This document shows, piece by piece, positions 24,717 to 38,725 of a stretch of DNA of 64,000 nt (positions are counted from its first letter, which is position 1; the number at the start of each line of letters is the position of its first letter). The notes below the pieces were generated by a model that had not been told where the DNA came from, ran no database searches, and saw nothing but the letters and a program-made list of their open reading frames with translations. Made by a program: the position numbers and the translations under genes. The stretch comes from Eledone cirrhosa (lineage: Eukaryota), in contig OZ024745.1 of NCBI GenBank assembly GCA_964016885.1, positions 51,770,001 to 51,834,000 of the forward strand, in the 5' to 3' direction.

Positions 24717-24890
24717 AACGAGTAGGACCCCGACGGCTGAGCTCAAGCCGTTTCGACGGCTAATTCCAGAATTAACCGTCGAAACGGCTTCAGCTCAGCC
24801 GTCGTTCCTATTACCGACTCTACTACCCTAAGCATTGAGTACTTTGGTGCGTTATGGTCCACCTGGTTCCTTACCACATTTCCTTCGTTA
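24712..24890. mobile_element. Short fold-back copy of the 6712-12529 PLE termini
   Basis: taggaacgagtaggaccccgacggctgagctcaagccgtttcgacggctaatt, then the inverted arm plus a tail ending ccttcgtta. Inserted in (TA)n. It carries only the 3' half of the ribozyme. Confidence 0.9.
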
Positions 24891-25145
24891 TATATATATA
24901 TATATATATATATATAATCATCTACAGGACTAGAACGAAACAATTCTAGTCCTGTAGAAGGTTTTCTATATTAAACTTTTTACTCTGCACTGTATTGAGT
25001 ACCTTACTTACTGTGGTTTCCTCCGATTGAAGCCGCGATAACTTTTATATATATATACTTACAGGAGGAAAATTTAATATCATAGGTTAATAATTCGGGG
25101 ACAAAACCTTCGAGACGCAGTTATTGGACCCACACTTGTAAGGAA

Positions 25146-25678
25146 CTGTGCCAAATAATACAATAACAATCACAGTGATTGCCATTGAAAAAATAAAAAA
25201 AATACATGATTGCAATATTTGATCAAAGAAAAAGTAAAACATATTTTTATCAATATTAGCAATTATCATAAACAATTATCATACTCCTGTAGTGTAAATA
25301 ACATAACTACATTGAATTTACTGTGACCTGTAGAAGTCTTACGTTTCGAGTTTTAAAATATGATCTTTTGTTATATAACAGGAATTTTATCATTTCATTA
25401 TAGGGAATCTAATGAAATTCTAAAAATTCAACAACTCTAAAATCCAGTTATATAACAAAAGATCATATTTTAAAACTCGAAACGTAAGACTTCTACAGGT
25501 CACAGTAAATTCAATGTAGTTATGTTATTTACACTACAGGAGTTAAAGTTTATGATAATTGCTAATATTGATAAAAATATGTTTTATTTTTTCTTTGCTC
25601 AAATATCATTGCAATCATGTATTTTATTTATTTTTTCAATGGCAATCACTGTGATTGCTATTGTATTATTTGGCACAG
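25146..25678. repeat. ~230-bp inverted repeat (25146-25379 / 25448-25678), probable PLE fold-back relic
   Basis: ctcctgtagtgtaaataacataactacattgaatttactgtgacctgtagaagtcttacgtttcgag and its reverse complement, separated by a ~70-bp spacer. Confidence 0.8.
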
Positions 25679-27999
25679 CATAGATAATTATTCGTCGGTA
25701 AACTTCAAACGTATTACTATATCGACCCTATATGGTTAATCGGCTTAAATATTTTGATCTAGTCATACATTTCACACTGCCATGGTTTTATGTGTTTCTA
25801 AAGGCATTTCACCTGTACCTTCTTATTCCCCCTTGCAATTTCCAAAGTTATAATGGTTTATTCTACTTATTAATTATAATCATCACCACCATGAGCTTTC
25901 TTTTCAATACAAGTGTCACTAAACTTCTCAGCATCAGTAACATTAAAACATGTAATTGTTGTGTTATGCGTTTCATTTGCCAACATATCTAAGAACTTCA
26001 GACGGTATACTTTTATTGAAGTATATCCTTGTAATTGTCAGCAATTGTGTTGCATTTTGAAATATGAATATGTATAATAATTCAATAGATTCTATTTACA
26101 TGAGAATATCGTTGTATGTCTCCCTAACAAATTTCGTTTTTTGTTTGTACTTTGTGGTAATTCTATAGTCATTGTTCAGACAATAAACTTTTCTTCCTTT
26201 ACGTTATGGAGAAATGATAAGGTTCATTCAAATCTGCATCAGAGGTTCTCATGGCAATCACACAGAAAAAAGAAAAAAATCAATAGCTACCTAAAAATAT
26301 TTCCTATAACAATAGCTTCTTCTCCTCAGATCAATTGTGATATTGTTACTTTCACTAGTAAAATATTGACTGCCGAATTGTAAAATACTGACGTTATATA
26401 CGTAAATATGCACGTATATTTCGCTGCCTCACCTTGTTTCTCTGTCTCTGTGATTTCCTCTCCACCTCTCTCTCACCCCCCCCCCCCCCCTCTCACACTA
26501 TACATATATGTGTGTGTGTGTATGCGTATGTTTTGATATGATATGAATGTGCATATATTGTATATGAAATATGAATGGTGTAAAAGGGCTAGTGTAAAAA
26601 AGTAATCAACTGAATTGACTATTGGAAACTCAAACGAAATTAACGATCTTTGAAAAGAAATAAAATGATGCTGATGGCCGCTTTTGAGAATGTTCAATCT
26701 GAAATACATTTTCAAAATATAATAAAAATATAGCTTTGATGAATTACATGTCTTTTCATTATGAATGCGTGAAAGGAATACTTTCGTATGGATGGTCTGA
26801 TTTATAAGTAAATAATATTAATTTCCAGTTTATAAATATATACATTAGATAGAATTGAACGGTTTATAAAATATAAATATTTCCTTTTTCACAGATGACG
26901 ATATAGAATTATTTTAATTGAATGCTATATATTTTAAAGAACTACTCCATGTATCAAATTGCATATATTGCATTAGATAGATGAATTGTATTTGTATATA
27001 AACGAGTAATTTTATAGATTTTCAAGAAAAAAAATCGTTAGAAACAATAATTGTATTTCATTTCAAATTATAGAATATCACATAATAGAACATCTAATTC
27101 ATGTCTAGACACAAATTTATTTTTATAACTTAATTAATTCGCATAATATTTTTATGATGATTATTATAACGTAATAGAGAAATACGTATTAACCAAATAT
27201 CCTGTCTTATTAACAAAGTGTACTTAACCATATTGATTTTAGAATATATCTCACGCATAATGGCCTGATATAAATTAACTTTTTTATACACTATTTAAGC
27301 TTCGAATGTCCTTCTTTATATGCATTTATTTTTTTCGCCACACACACACATGACAATATTTGAATAGAAATACCGGCCTATAATGATCGCAAACTTTCAG
27401 CAGAGAAGAACATATATTCTGTTAGAATATTTAGAAATATATTTTATGTAAGGTATACTTGTATGTGTGGGGGTGGGGGTCTGGTGGGTGGGGATTTTGA
27501 TATTTGGCTGCTATGAGGGGACGAAGTAGATTTTCCCGACGTTTAATGCTAGTAAAACCGTGAGTTTTTCATATGACAATGTTCTTTGAGATCAAATGGA
27601 GATTTGATTGATATTCGTAGCAACAAAAGCTACCAAATTTAATGACAAGACAAAAAGCTTTTTCTCCAATGTTCGTAATTGAAGCCATTGAAATATTGAC
27701 CTTAGATAGACAAGTATATACTGAGATATTTAACTTTTCCAAAAATAGAATGATAACAGGAAACACCATATTGAAAGAACTCAAGTCAAATGAAAATCCC
27801 CACATGAAAAACACACCAACGCTAAATGATGCTACACAGCGCTGACACTCCAAATATATTTGTCCTAGCTGTCCAATGAACCTCCACAATGCAAATATAT
27901 TGCAATAAGCTTATCAGCTAAAAACTATATACACGTAACTGAAGAGAGTGGCAATAATTGAACACGGTGTACACTGTCTAAAGATACTTACGATCCCAT

Positions 28000-28036
<37 letters not shown>

Positions 28037-30138
28037 CAGTTACATTTTGTTGTGCATCGACCTGTTATAAGCATTTCGCATACGATTGGCTTAAGATCCC
28101 CTATAGAGCTCCATTATAAGTCTGTCCTTCAGACTGGTCATTCAAGTTATATATATGTATGCATGAGTGTGTGTGTGTGTATGTGTGTGTGTGTGTGTAA
28201 GTTAGTGTAAGTGTGTGTGTATGCATGCGTGTACTCGTGTGGGCGCGCCTCAACGCATGCATGCTAGTAGATTCAGAGATAGTTTTAGTGATATTCTGGA
28301 CGGAATTTAATGCGTGGGATGCAGATATTTAATGAGTTAGATGAGTTGCTACGCTGTACGTAAACAATCGTACAGTAATATTTGTGAGAATCTACGCCGA
28401 TTGTAAGGATGCCGAAAGAAATAATACATAAAACAGAAATTAAAAGAAATGGGCAATTATTCACATGGTTATCACATAGGTTCTCACTGAATCAATGATC
28501 GAAAGCTGCCCAATTTTTAGAATGTGTAGTGCGTACAAATTAAAGCCTACTATGCAGTAAGTTACATTAATACATACATAATTGAATGTGCCTCTCCTCT
28601 GGGTAGATTTACTGTTTGATCCGGTGCTGCATGGCTGTGGTTGAAGGAAAATTCAGGTATGTCAGTGAGAATAGTAAAAATGGAGGCATGCATGTGGATT
28701 CTAAAAAAATAATGAGTAGCTAAGCAAGCCTATTTCGCACAGGTTAAGGTCCATATTGAAGCGTGAAGAAGAGAAGAGATGGCGAACTATGGAACTGAAG
28801 AAACTTTACGCTGGGGTAATAAATGATGAGAAATTGACGGTGGTTTGAAGTGATACTGGCACGAATCAAAATGACAAGAGTGCGGTTGACTTTTATTAAC
28901 ATACTGTTTATCCAGCTCGAGTGAACCGCCGAACCATCTGGTTAGCACATCTATCCACATACTGGTCGTTGCTGTAGCAACGACGGAGATGGATAAATTA
29001 TGAGTGCGAGTTTAACTGATAGGAGTAGATGTGATAAGAGAAGCTGATGTTTACAGGAATGGGAGTCGGTTTGTTTGCAATTCTTGAAAGTAATCAATTT
29101 GAGATTTATGTAGGAGACAGCGAGAGATTCCTCATCATAGACTATAAATGTGCCGGGACAGAGGGAATCAAATACCAGAGAGAAGAGCAAGGCGTTAATG
29201 TAAGTAATGAATGTGTTGAGATGCTCAAGGTAGAGGTAAATCAGACTGTGCAGTCTTTTACATGTTAAATGCAATGTTTAGGAACATGTCTGGCGAACTG
29301 TGAGAAGTTTCGGAACACGAAATAGAAAAAAATATGTTTCCATTTGTGGTAGATCATTCTAATTCACTTAAGAACTGAGATGATGGTTTAACCCACCCCA
29401 ATTAAACTTGAATCAGAATGGTGCAACGAGAAACACAGGCATGTGAAGAAGTATGGATATATTGGTTGGAAGTGTGATGGAGTGTGTGAGGAAATATATG
29501 TCAATACATATGTAACTTCTAAACAACACACAGCATACCGGACTACTTAGGAACTTATATAGTCCCTCCCTTTACTTCCAGCTTGGAAGTTCCTATTTCT
29601 ACTAACTTCTCTTCATTCATAATCAACATCCGTACGTTGCAAAAATTCATTTTCCCTTCCCTCCAAATCTTGAATGCACACACACACACACACACACACA
29701 TACACACACATACACACACACACATACATATACGTACACACACATACATACACACACATACATACACACGTACATACATACCACACACATACGCACATAT
29801 AGATACACGCGCATATATACACACACGCACACACAAACTCTCATACACTCCAACACACACAGACATATATAGAGATAGACAGAGATGTATACATACATAT
29901 AAAATAGCTTTATCATTTGGCATATGAAAGTGCAAAGGGTAGACTTAAATAGAGTAACACCATAGCAGGTTATCAAATATATCTTTCTTTCGTCAATTTC
30001 AAATATACATACATGCATACATACACACACACACACATATATATATATGCATATACACAAAGATACACTACAAACTTATGCATATATATATATATATTTA
30101 CATGTACGTATATATATGTATCTCTCTCTCTCTCCCTC

Positions 30139-30208
<70 letters not shown>

Positions 30209-31445
30209 CGCGCGCGTGTGTGTGTGTGTCTGTGTGCGTATAAATATGTACATATGTCTGTTCATCGGCAGGTAAGCATGGAAATTCAGGGAAGAAGGAG
30301 AGGGTGAAAGAAAGAGGAGAACTAAGATTTCTGATTCCAATGCATATAAGACTTCCTTTATCCTTTTGTTATAATATCATCCGGTCTGTCACATATGAAC
30401 GAATGCTCAATTATCTAGACAATACAAGCGATATGGAAGGATTTAGTTTGCCCTACCAGTATTTCAGTAGTTTGTGTACACGCAGATTGAAGGTTTAAAA
30501 TGCATTCAATCTAAATATCTAACTTTATTCAGAAAGAGTTGTATAGAATTGCAAATTTGGAACAATAGTCTTGGTTATTGTTGCTTTCTCCGTCGGACAA
30601 ATGCATACATTTCTATGAATGCGCTTATTAACCAGAAACTATATTATTTCTTGGTGCACACTTAGAGATCAAAAGCAGTCTAAATATTGGCATACTTATT
30701 GCTAGTTGGTGTCTATAGAATCATTACTGCAATTTATACGAATTTGTCACTTCACTGAATACATGTTAGTAATATTTAGGTATGAAATTATGTGACAGGC
30801 TATTCGACCAGGTCAGACCAATGTTCAATCACACTGCTATATTGATGATATTCTCTTTATTGGCGAATTTCCTATTCCGATTTCTTTATTCATTGAACCG
30901 TAATACGTTTCAATACAATGAAAACAACTTACGGTTATTTGTCTCGAGATTCTGAAAGCTTTTAATTCTCCAAATACAATGTAATTAGTTAAAACCCCCG
31001 AAATCAATCAATTATCCACAATGCCAGACACACCTAACTACGTAAAAATGTAAATGACAATTATCAATTTACATGCGCGTTTCTATGATCATTTCAATTT
31101 ATCCCTTTAAATAGAAGAAATAACATTCTCATCTATAAATGTACATATACCTAAATACATACAATAATGATTAATGACGCACATCAGAATCAGGCACGGA
31201 TACACAAAATCACACACTCAGAAACAGACACTCACAAGCACAAAGGTAGATAAACCGACACGCTGAGATTGTTGCTGTTGATTGCAAAATAATTAATTTT
31301 GCATAGTGAACGAAGGACTCAATAGCATAGTAGAATACATACAATATGTATTATAGAAATGGATTCTACAGGACTAGAATGTTATACACACACACACTTA
31401 TAAACACACACACACACACACACACGCATACACACATATATATAT

Positions 31446-31624
31446 AACGAAGGAAATGTGGTAAGGAACCAGATGGACCATAACGCACCAAAGTACTCAA
31501 TACTTAGAGTAGTAGAGTGGGTAATAGGAACGAGTAGGACCCCGACGGCTGAGCTCAAGCCGTTTCGACGGCTAATTCTGGGCGTCGAAACGGCTTGAGC
31601 TCAGCCGTCGGGGTCCTACTCGTT

Positions 31625-31629
<5 letters not shown>
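31446..31629. mobile_element. Second short fold-back copy of the PLE termini
   Basis: taacgaaggaaatgtggtaagg...ccgtttcgacggctaattctgg, followed by inverted cgtcgaaacggcttgagctcagccgtcggggtcctactcgttccta. Inserted in (TA)n. Confidence 0.9.
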
Positions 31630-31666
<37 letters not shown>

Positions 31667-31741
31667 AAAAAATGGGTAGAAGAATACTGCAGGTTGCACA
31701 TGGATAACATGTTATAAAATGAGTCTCTCATCAGTGATATG

Positions 31742-31899
<158 letters not shown>

Positions 31900-31909
31900 C
31901 ATACATATA

Positions 31910-31956
<47 letters not shown>

Positions 31957-31976
31957 CATATACATACATATATATA

Positions 31977-32515
31977 TATTGTTATACTTTGAGAGGGTTA
32001 TGTTGCTAATAAGAAACACACGAACCAGTTGCTTTCACTTCAATTTATTATAATAAATTTATAAATTTAGGAATTTATAAATTTCCGGTTGGTTGGTTGG
32101 TTCCACAACCAGATGGTTGTATATATATTGTCAAATTTCTTTCGTAACACATTCTGTGACCTCTTCAGTGACTGGTGATTCTTTTCTTTGTTTTTTGTTT
32201 TTTGTGCCTCTCCTTTGTGCTGTCCTACGCCATCTTGTTTTTGTGTGTGTGCCAACCAACCAACCGGAAATTTATAAATTCCTAAATTTATAAATTTATT
32301 ATAATAAATTGAAGTGAAAGCTATTGGTGCGTGTATTTCTTATTGGTAACATGACCCTCCCAAAGTATAACAATATCGGTTTCAACACACGTTTTCAGAC
32401 AAAGTTAATGCGATGAAATACCAATGATGGTTGGCAAATCACTGACGAGGGACTAATTTTATCATATGTAACCCATGTGCGACCACGCAGTATTCCTCTT
32501 TCTTCTCATGTTTTA
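31977..32515. mobile_element. Fold-back element: ~125-bp arms (31977-32100 / 32252-32376) plus one-sided tail, PLE-like
   Basis: The arms are reverse complements and TA tracts lie on both sides. A related end occurs at ~39830-39990. Confidence 0.65.
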
Positions 32516-32582
32516 TATATATATATAATAATTGTTTCTACTTTAGGCACAAGGCCAGAAAATTACCCAGTGCATTACTGGT

Positions 32583-32667
<85 letters not shown>

Positions 32668-32679
32668 ATGTTATTTATA

Positions 32680-34330
32680 CTTATATACACTATATATAAT
32701 TATAAACAGGAAAGGTCAGTAATTCATTACTATCTTATTACCAGTAGGAAAAATAGCTCAATGTAAATACATCAGATGTTTTACAGAGTGGGAATATAAA
32801 TTCCCGAATAAACAAAACTATGTTCAAGAGAATTTATTGCTGACAATCGTTTCTTGCAAATTTTCGTTTGTAATCATCGGAGCACTGGCAAAGGCTAGAC
32901 ATATAATTAACATCTTACTCCACAAAACAATCGTAAATATACATAGATATTAGTGTTGTCATCAACAGTGTCATATTTACAGAGTAGAGATGATGTGGTC
33001 AGTATCAGTGGATGCGACAAAGATTATGAAAGCATAATATTACAATTATAGAGGAATTAAAGCAGAATGTTACTCGCAAAACGAGGACATTAGTAGTAGA
33101 TATACAAGCATATAGAGAGAGTGCAAATGTGTTAGGCATGTACAGAATAGCTAGGTAAGAAACAAGCAATGATACTAGGCATATAGATCACATTATGGCA
33201 AAGGTATCACATAATACAATACAGGTTTAAAAGCATATTAAGCAGACAGAGATATTTGTGTATGAAAATTAGTCTCTATGAAGTTTATGGTGGATGTAGT
33301 GTGATAATTATTCCGATAATTTTCAAATGTGCATGTGTTGTGAGTACTAATACTAAGGTTTTCCTTTCCATTACATTGGTTATATTTTAGTGAATGTTTA
33401 TCAGTAGTTACATCTATGGATTGTATATTCGTCCTATTACAATCTTATTCAGGGTTCGAGTTGTTCTAGAGTGATCTGTCTAACGGTTTAATTTCAGGAA
33501 GTGAATTAGAGATCTATATTAAGGGGAGCTAATGCGAAAGGGGAGGTAATTGGCGATAAATTTGTATATAATAGAAAAATGTATAGTTGTTTACAGCTTC
33601 AATTAGTTAAATTCTCTGTGCTATATATACAAAATATTAAAGTGAATCCTTTTATATAATGCTATTTATTTATATATTTAATTTTAAATACAATCTGTTT
33701 TCCTATAAAACATTAAAGTTCTCATTTTATTACTATCTACCCATATATTAATTAAATATTAGTAAGCTATAGTAGTTATATTAAATGTTGGTAACTTTAT
33801 GTTTATTCCTAATAGTTATTGTAGAGTATAAGATTTGAGATAAATAGGAGGTAAGTAGAGGAATGAGCTGATCATAGAATGTGATGCTGTGGGGGTAATT
33901 ATATGCTGATAAAACCAAGAGGTGAAGTGTTAATGGTGTTGAGGAATCCAGATATAAAATTTAAGTGAGAAAAAACTATTTATGGGAGTACAAGTTAGAT
34001 GGACAAAACAATATTTGTTTCTAAACTCGCTTATATAAAGATCTCCCTACAATGGTTTCGTTTGCGGAAGATTTCTTATTTGAACCACCAATGATAGAAG
34101 ATGTCGCTGTTTATTTCCGCAGCTAATGTTGTTGTTATAGTTATTTTTAGCTTGTATGTTGTAGGTGTTGCAGTGATGGTGTTGGAGACTGCGTATTTGT
34201 TAGTCGTTACTATGCCAGGCAAAACACAAGACATTCAGTTCTGATTTCACATATTTTTGTTGCTGTTGTTTTCATTTGTTTTGTTTATGTTTGTGTATAC
34301 TCCGGTTGACATCTAGCTGTTTTAGTCAGT
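32680..34330 (-). mobile_element. Degenerate 5'-truncated Hydra-type PLE with decayed hammerhead at 32838-32884
   Basis: Minus-strand remnant WF...SSANETIVGRSLYKRV matches WFNPPHNAEVTTPIGKLFFRLI. The ribozyme relic reads tgct CCGATGA ttacaaa..tttgcaa GAAA cgattg TC agca. Confidence 0.55.
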
Positions 34331-34959
34331 GAACATTGAACTGTTCCTTTTTACAGAATCCAGGAGTATATTTCTTCCTCCATTAAAACGATGAAGGTAT
34401 TACTTTTGCTAGTTTCTAAGAACAGAATTATATGGGGTCTATTTGTGAAAGGTTAACGCATGACGCTCTATTTACAACAGTTTTACAATTTTTTAAGTAA
34501 TAGGTAAACAAATAATATTTTCACACAAATTACACATCACCTAATTATAAATGGGAAGGATTGAGGAAAGACAATTTGATGAACGGATGTTTTATCTTCA
34601 ATGATATAATTTGTGTCTCAAATTTGTTGGATTTCATTATTGAACCTTATATCTACAGTTTCTGTTTTTCTTTCCTCTGCTAATTAAAATGTCCATTGTG
34701 ATTGTGCAATCCTAAATTTATGCAAAATAGATGAACGTATTGTTGCATACATTGTATCTATCTTTTTGTACAGATTTTGAGTGTATGTTTGTGGTGGTCT
34801 GTGTCGTTGATTATCGTTTCAGGGGCCCAAAACATTGTGCATTTTCATGTTACCTTCATGGGGGGCAGTCAATGCCAACTTAAATTTTCCTGTTTACGAC
34901 TAAACACATTACACATAAAGGAAGCCCCATTAAAACAGGGTACTGGAAAAGCCACAATG

Positions 34960-35001
<42 letters not shown>

Positions 35002-36480
35002 AGAGAGAGAAAGAGTGAGACCGAGAGAAGGGAGAGATTGAGAGGTATTCGTATATTTGTTAACGCTAATTTTCATCTCTTAACAAAGCCAGAGGCAAAC
35101 TTATCAATCTATAATGTATTAATAATTGAATTTAGTAAAATTATTTTTTCAATAAAGAGGTGCCGCAACCTGAATTTAGCGACATTTTATCTTGAGGCCA
35201 GTTCTCAATAATTGTCATCGCTGAAGTAGTTTGCCACCTTCTGATCCAATTATTCGTAAGCAAGTATGTTTATATGTATATGTCGAGTTATTTATGAATT
35301 TAAGAATATGTGCCTTCTTTCATTATATACGTATTTCACCCCTTCTTTTTCAGATGGAGATACATGTTCAAATATGTTTGTGTCTGGTTATTGCCGTATG
35401 TATGAGTTAATAAATGGCACACTCTTTTCCCTCACAATTAGATTGTTCCACGTTCGATCCCAGTGCGCGATAAATAGTGTATTTCTATTCTTTTTTTTCA
35501 TGCGAATTTATTAGATGCACACCTCCACACATACATACACACGAATACAAAATAGGATGAAGTTATATACGTAACGGTGACATATAAACCTGCCGAATAA
35601 GTATTTCTATGTAAATGACTAAACAAATTCGATAAATATCTTTAAACGATGTTCATGTCTACCTTTCATCAGAAAGTATATATATAATCAAAACAACCAA
35701 ATGGAAACACATAACCCAAGGGTTATTTATCAAAAGGGAATCCGTAATCAAGAGGTATATATATACTCTCATAATGAAATCTACGATTACTAGCGATTAT
35801 GGTAGTACTTAAATAAGATATTAAATCGTGTAGTAAATTATAAAGTTATATAAGTATGTACAAAATAAATGTAAACGAGATTGTGTCGATGTGTATAAAG
35901 AAACATACATCTATTTACTAACTAGACATGAAAAATGCTAAATAGGTATGTCATTGTCACAGAAAAATAGTTATTAATCGCTTTTCCTGTTTGATTGCTG
36001 GAAAAATAAAGTAAAAATGGGTAACATCATATACACATTTAAACTATCTCGATTATTCCTATTCGGTATATACAGATATAATTTTAATATAAATTTCATT
36101 TTCTATCAGCGCAAATTAATATGGGATAAAAATAGGTCACAGTTGCCAAGTTACTCTGCAGTTTTCATTTTACTGGTTAAGCTTTTCAAGAAAACCCGCT
36201 TTTGTTCTCAGTAAATTCGAAACATTTAATAATTGAATGAATGCAGTATAATCAATATTGTTTGCATTCACATGAAAAGTTAGCAATATTATTTGAACGT
36301 ATCTCAAAATTATTCCTATATGTTTTAACTAAAATATATTAGACATTTATTACACACGTTTGATGTCATGCATATGAAAAGGAAATAAAATGAGACGCAG
36401 AAAATGTACGCTATATCTCATCTATTACGATTTAACACGTTACATCACGCATTTGTTTCTTTAATTCACATTTTCTGCCT

Positions 36481-36513
<33 letters not shown>

Positions 36514-37922
36514 CGACCAAACCCTACAGAGAGGGTGGACATGACTCGGGCGATTTGTGTGCCGCCGAGATTATGGAAATAATCGAGAGGGGAGCTCAAG
36601 TTATCAATAAAAGGAGTTACCTCTTCAGCACATGCCTCCACGGATCCTCTGGGCCCTTACTCAAACTGTACAGACTAGCAACGTACTGGTGAAAGTTTGC
36701 AAACTTGTTCGTGGAAGCCGGGCATGGCCATGCGGCAACCCCAGCGTCAGGCGAACCGTTGATATCTTGTTTGCACACCTGGAGTCTCTATGAGTACTTG
36801 TTTCTTGTCCTTTGTTCCCTATTCCTCTGTTTATATACCTGCTGTTGTTTTTTTTATGTATTTTGTCCCGTTCCTTTATTATTGTGTTCTCTATATGTGT
36901 TCTCGTTTCTTCTATTTGTTCCTGTTCCTACTTTCGCTGCCCATAACTCTCTTCCATGGCCTAACAGCCCTTTTGATAGTATTGTTGCCGCTGTGGTTGG
37001 GACTGAATGCTATGATCATTGCTGGCCTTGTGCCTTCCAGTGATAGAGGAGGATTGTATTAACTGGGAATGTTTTTATATATATAACTACCCATCTATGT
37101 TTTCTATCCCATTTTCACTTCCTTGTTTCAACGGACTACTATTGTGGTTAGTTTAATTTTCATGGAAGCGTAGATTTTTTCCTGTTGCCGCCGTCGCCGT
37201 CGTGAGGTCATCGCTGGTCTTGTTGTTACTAATGGCTTAATACTGACATAGATGATACCACCACTACTGCGACGAACGGGATGGGTGATAAGCGGTGTTG
37301 CTGTTTGTTGTCATTGACATTGTTGTTGTTACTGTTTATGGTCATGGTGATTGATACCACCAACTCTGTGTCCCCACCTACCTCTAAACTCCTTGTTATT
37401 GCTTTGGCGTTATCGCTGTTTACGGTCAACAGGTTGGAACCGTCACTGCGACGACTACGACCTGTATACAGAACGCTGGTCTGTGTTTTTGCTGTTGTTG
37501 TCGTTTGTTGCTGTTGTCTTTGTAAGTGTTTTTACTGTAGCTGTTGTTTTAGTTATTGTTGTCAATAGGGTGATGATATCAACACGACTATTGCGACCAG
37601 TCTGGACAACTTTGGTCGGCGGTTTGATGTCATTGTTGTTGTTGTCGTCGTTGTTGCTGTTGTTGTTGTTCCTGTTGTTGTTGTTGTTAATAGGTGGTTG
37701 TCAACTAAATGTATACCCCCCCCCCCCCCCCCCAAGAGCTCCTTGTGTTGCTTCAACTATCTACTGGATTTTGGTTGCACACGGTTCTTCGTTCATTTAG
37801 TCTTTTTTCGTTGATAGCTTTTTCTAATAAACGTGACGGCTGGCAAACCCTTCAAGGAACTCATGTATGGTGGGCGCACAGGCATTAGGATGTGTGTTTT
37901 CCTGCCAGTGACATACCAAATA

Positions 37923-38029
37923 TATCGATCTTCATCTGAGAAAACCGTTCTCATAATCAACAGCAAATGCATGAAGGACATCTCGATTGCATGGAGAACC
38001 GTAGAAATAATTATTATGATTAAACGATA
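37923..38029 (+). ncRNA. Extended hammerhead relic with A8-type core (CUGAGAA)
   Basis: tatcg..tcat CTGAGAA aaccgttctc...gagaaccgta GAAA taatta TT atga..cgata. Predicted cleavage after 38015. Confidence 0.6.
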
Positions 38030-38203
38030 CATGCAACCTCAGCATCTTATTTTATTATTTTTATAAAATTCTCCATCGTAACTAAAACAACGATTGTTGA
38101 GAGCTTTCTCCTGTTTACTCCTGTTTTTACCAAGACAATCTTTTCCGAACACATACAGCTCCAGCACTGTTGAGCACTTTGAGAATAAGCAGCTGTAAAT
38201 AGG

Positions 38204-38542
38204 ATGCAATCTTCTAACATCTCCGAGTGTCTGAAGGACATTCCCTTACCCAGCAAAAAGGAGTACACCAGACAGTTAATCCTTAAAACAGACTCGTTTG
38301 TACGCAGAATGCGATGGGAGGCCTTCCACTATGATAGGAAAGCCCCTACGAAGGATGTGAACACTGGCAGCCTGGACTCTACATACGGTTTTAAATCTAG
38401 AAAAAAACCACCGCAAAACAAACTTATGGAGGGCTTTGAGAAAGAGATGGCCAATATTATTTCAGGCGTCAAATTCAAAAGGTTCCCATCGAAGGAGCAG
38501 CCTCACCTCAAGAAACTGGCGAATATAGGATCTCTGCACTAA
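38204..38542 (+). pseudogene. N-terminal fragment of a second Hydra-type PLE ORF
   Basis: LKDIPLPSKKEYTRQLILKTDSFVRRMRWEAFHYDR...YGFKSRKKPPQNKLMEGFEKEMANIISGVKFK aligns by eye with TKNIPIPPKKLYLRMLTQKIDLFAKRLRWRTFFYDR...FGFITYKSPPLNPLLAPFENDLFQLVKNIKFK. Confidence 0.85.
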
Positions 38543-38655
38543 ACAACTTGGATGCGGCAACTAATAGAAAACTAATACTTAAGGAACTTAGAAAAGAAAA
38601 ACTACACAGGCTAACCTTGACGACATTAACGAGCGGACTAATAGAATAGTGAATA

Positions 38656-38719
<64 letters not shown>

Positions 38720-38725
38720 GAAAAT

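Noticed and set aside
25405-25495. Hammerhead in the spacer/arm of the 25-kb inverted repeat (CTAATGA...GAAACGTA)
   Set aside because: G5 is mutated and stems I and II do not pair convincingly.
32110-32175. Minus-strand CTGAAGA...GAAA in the fold-back spacer
   Set aside because: Stem II is weak and there is no valid stem III or cleavage triplet.
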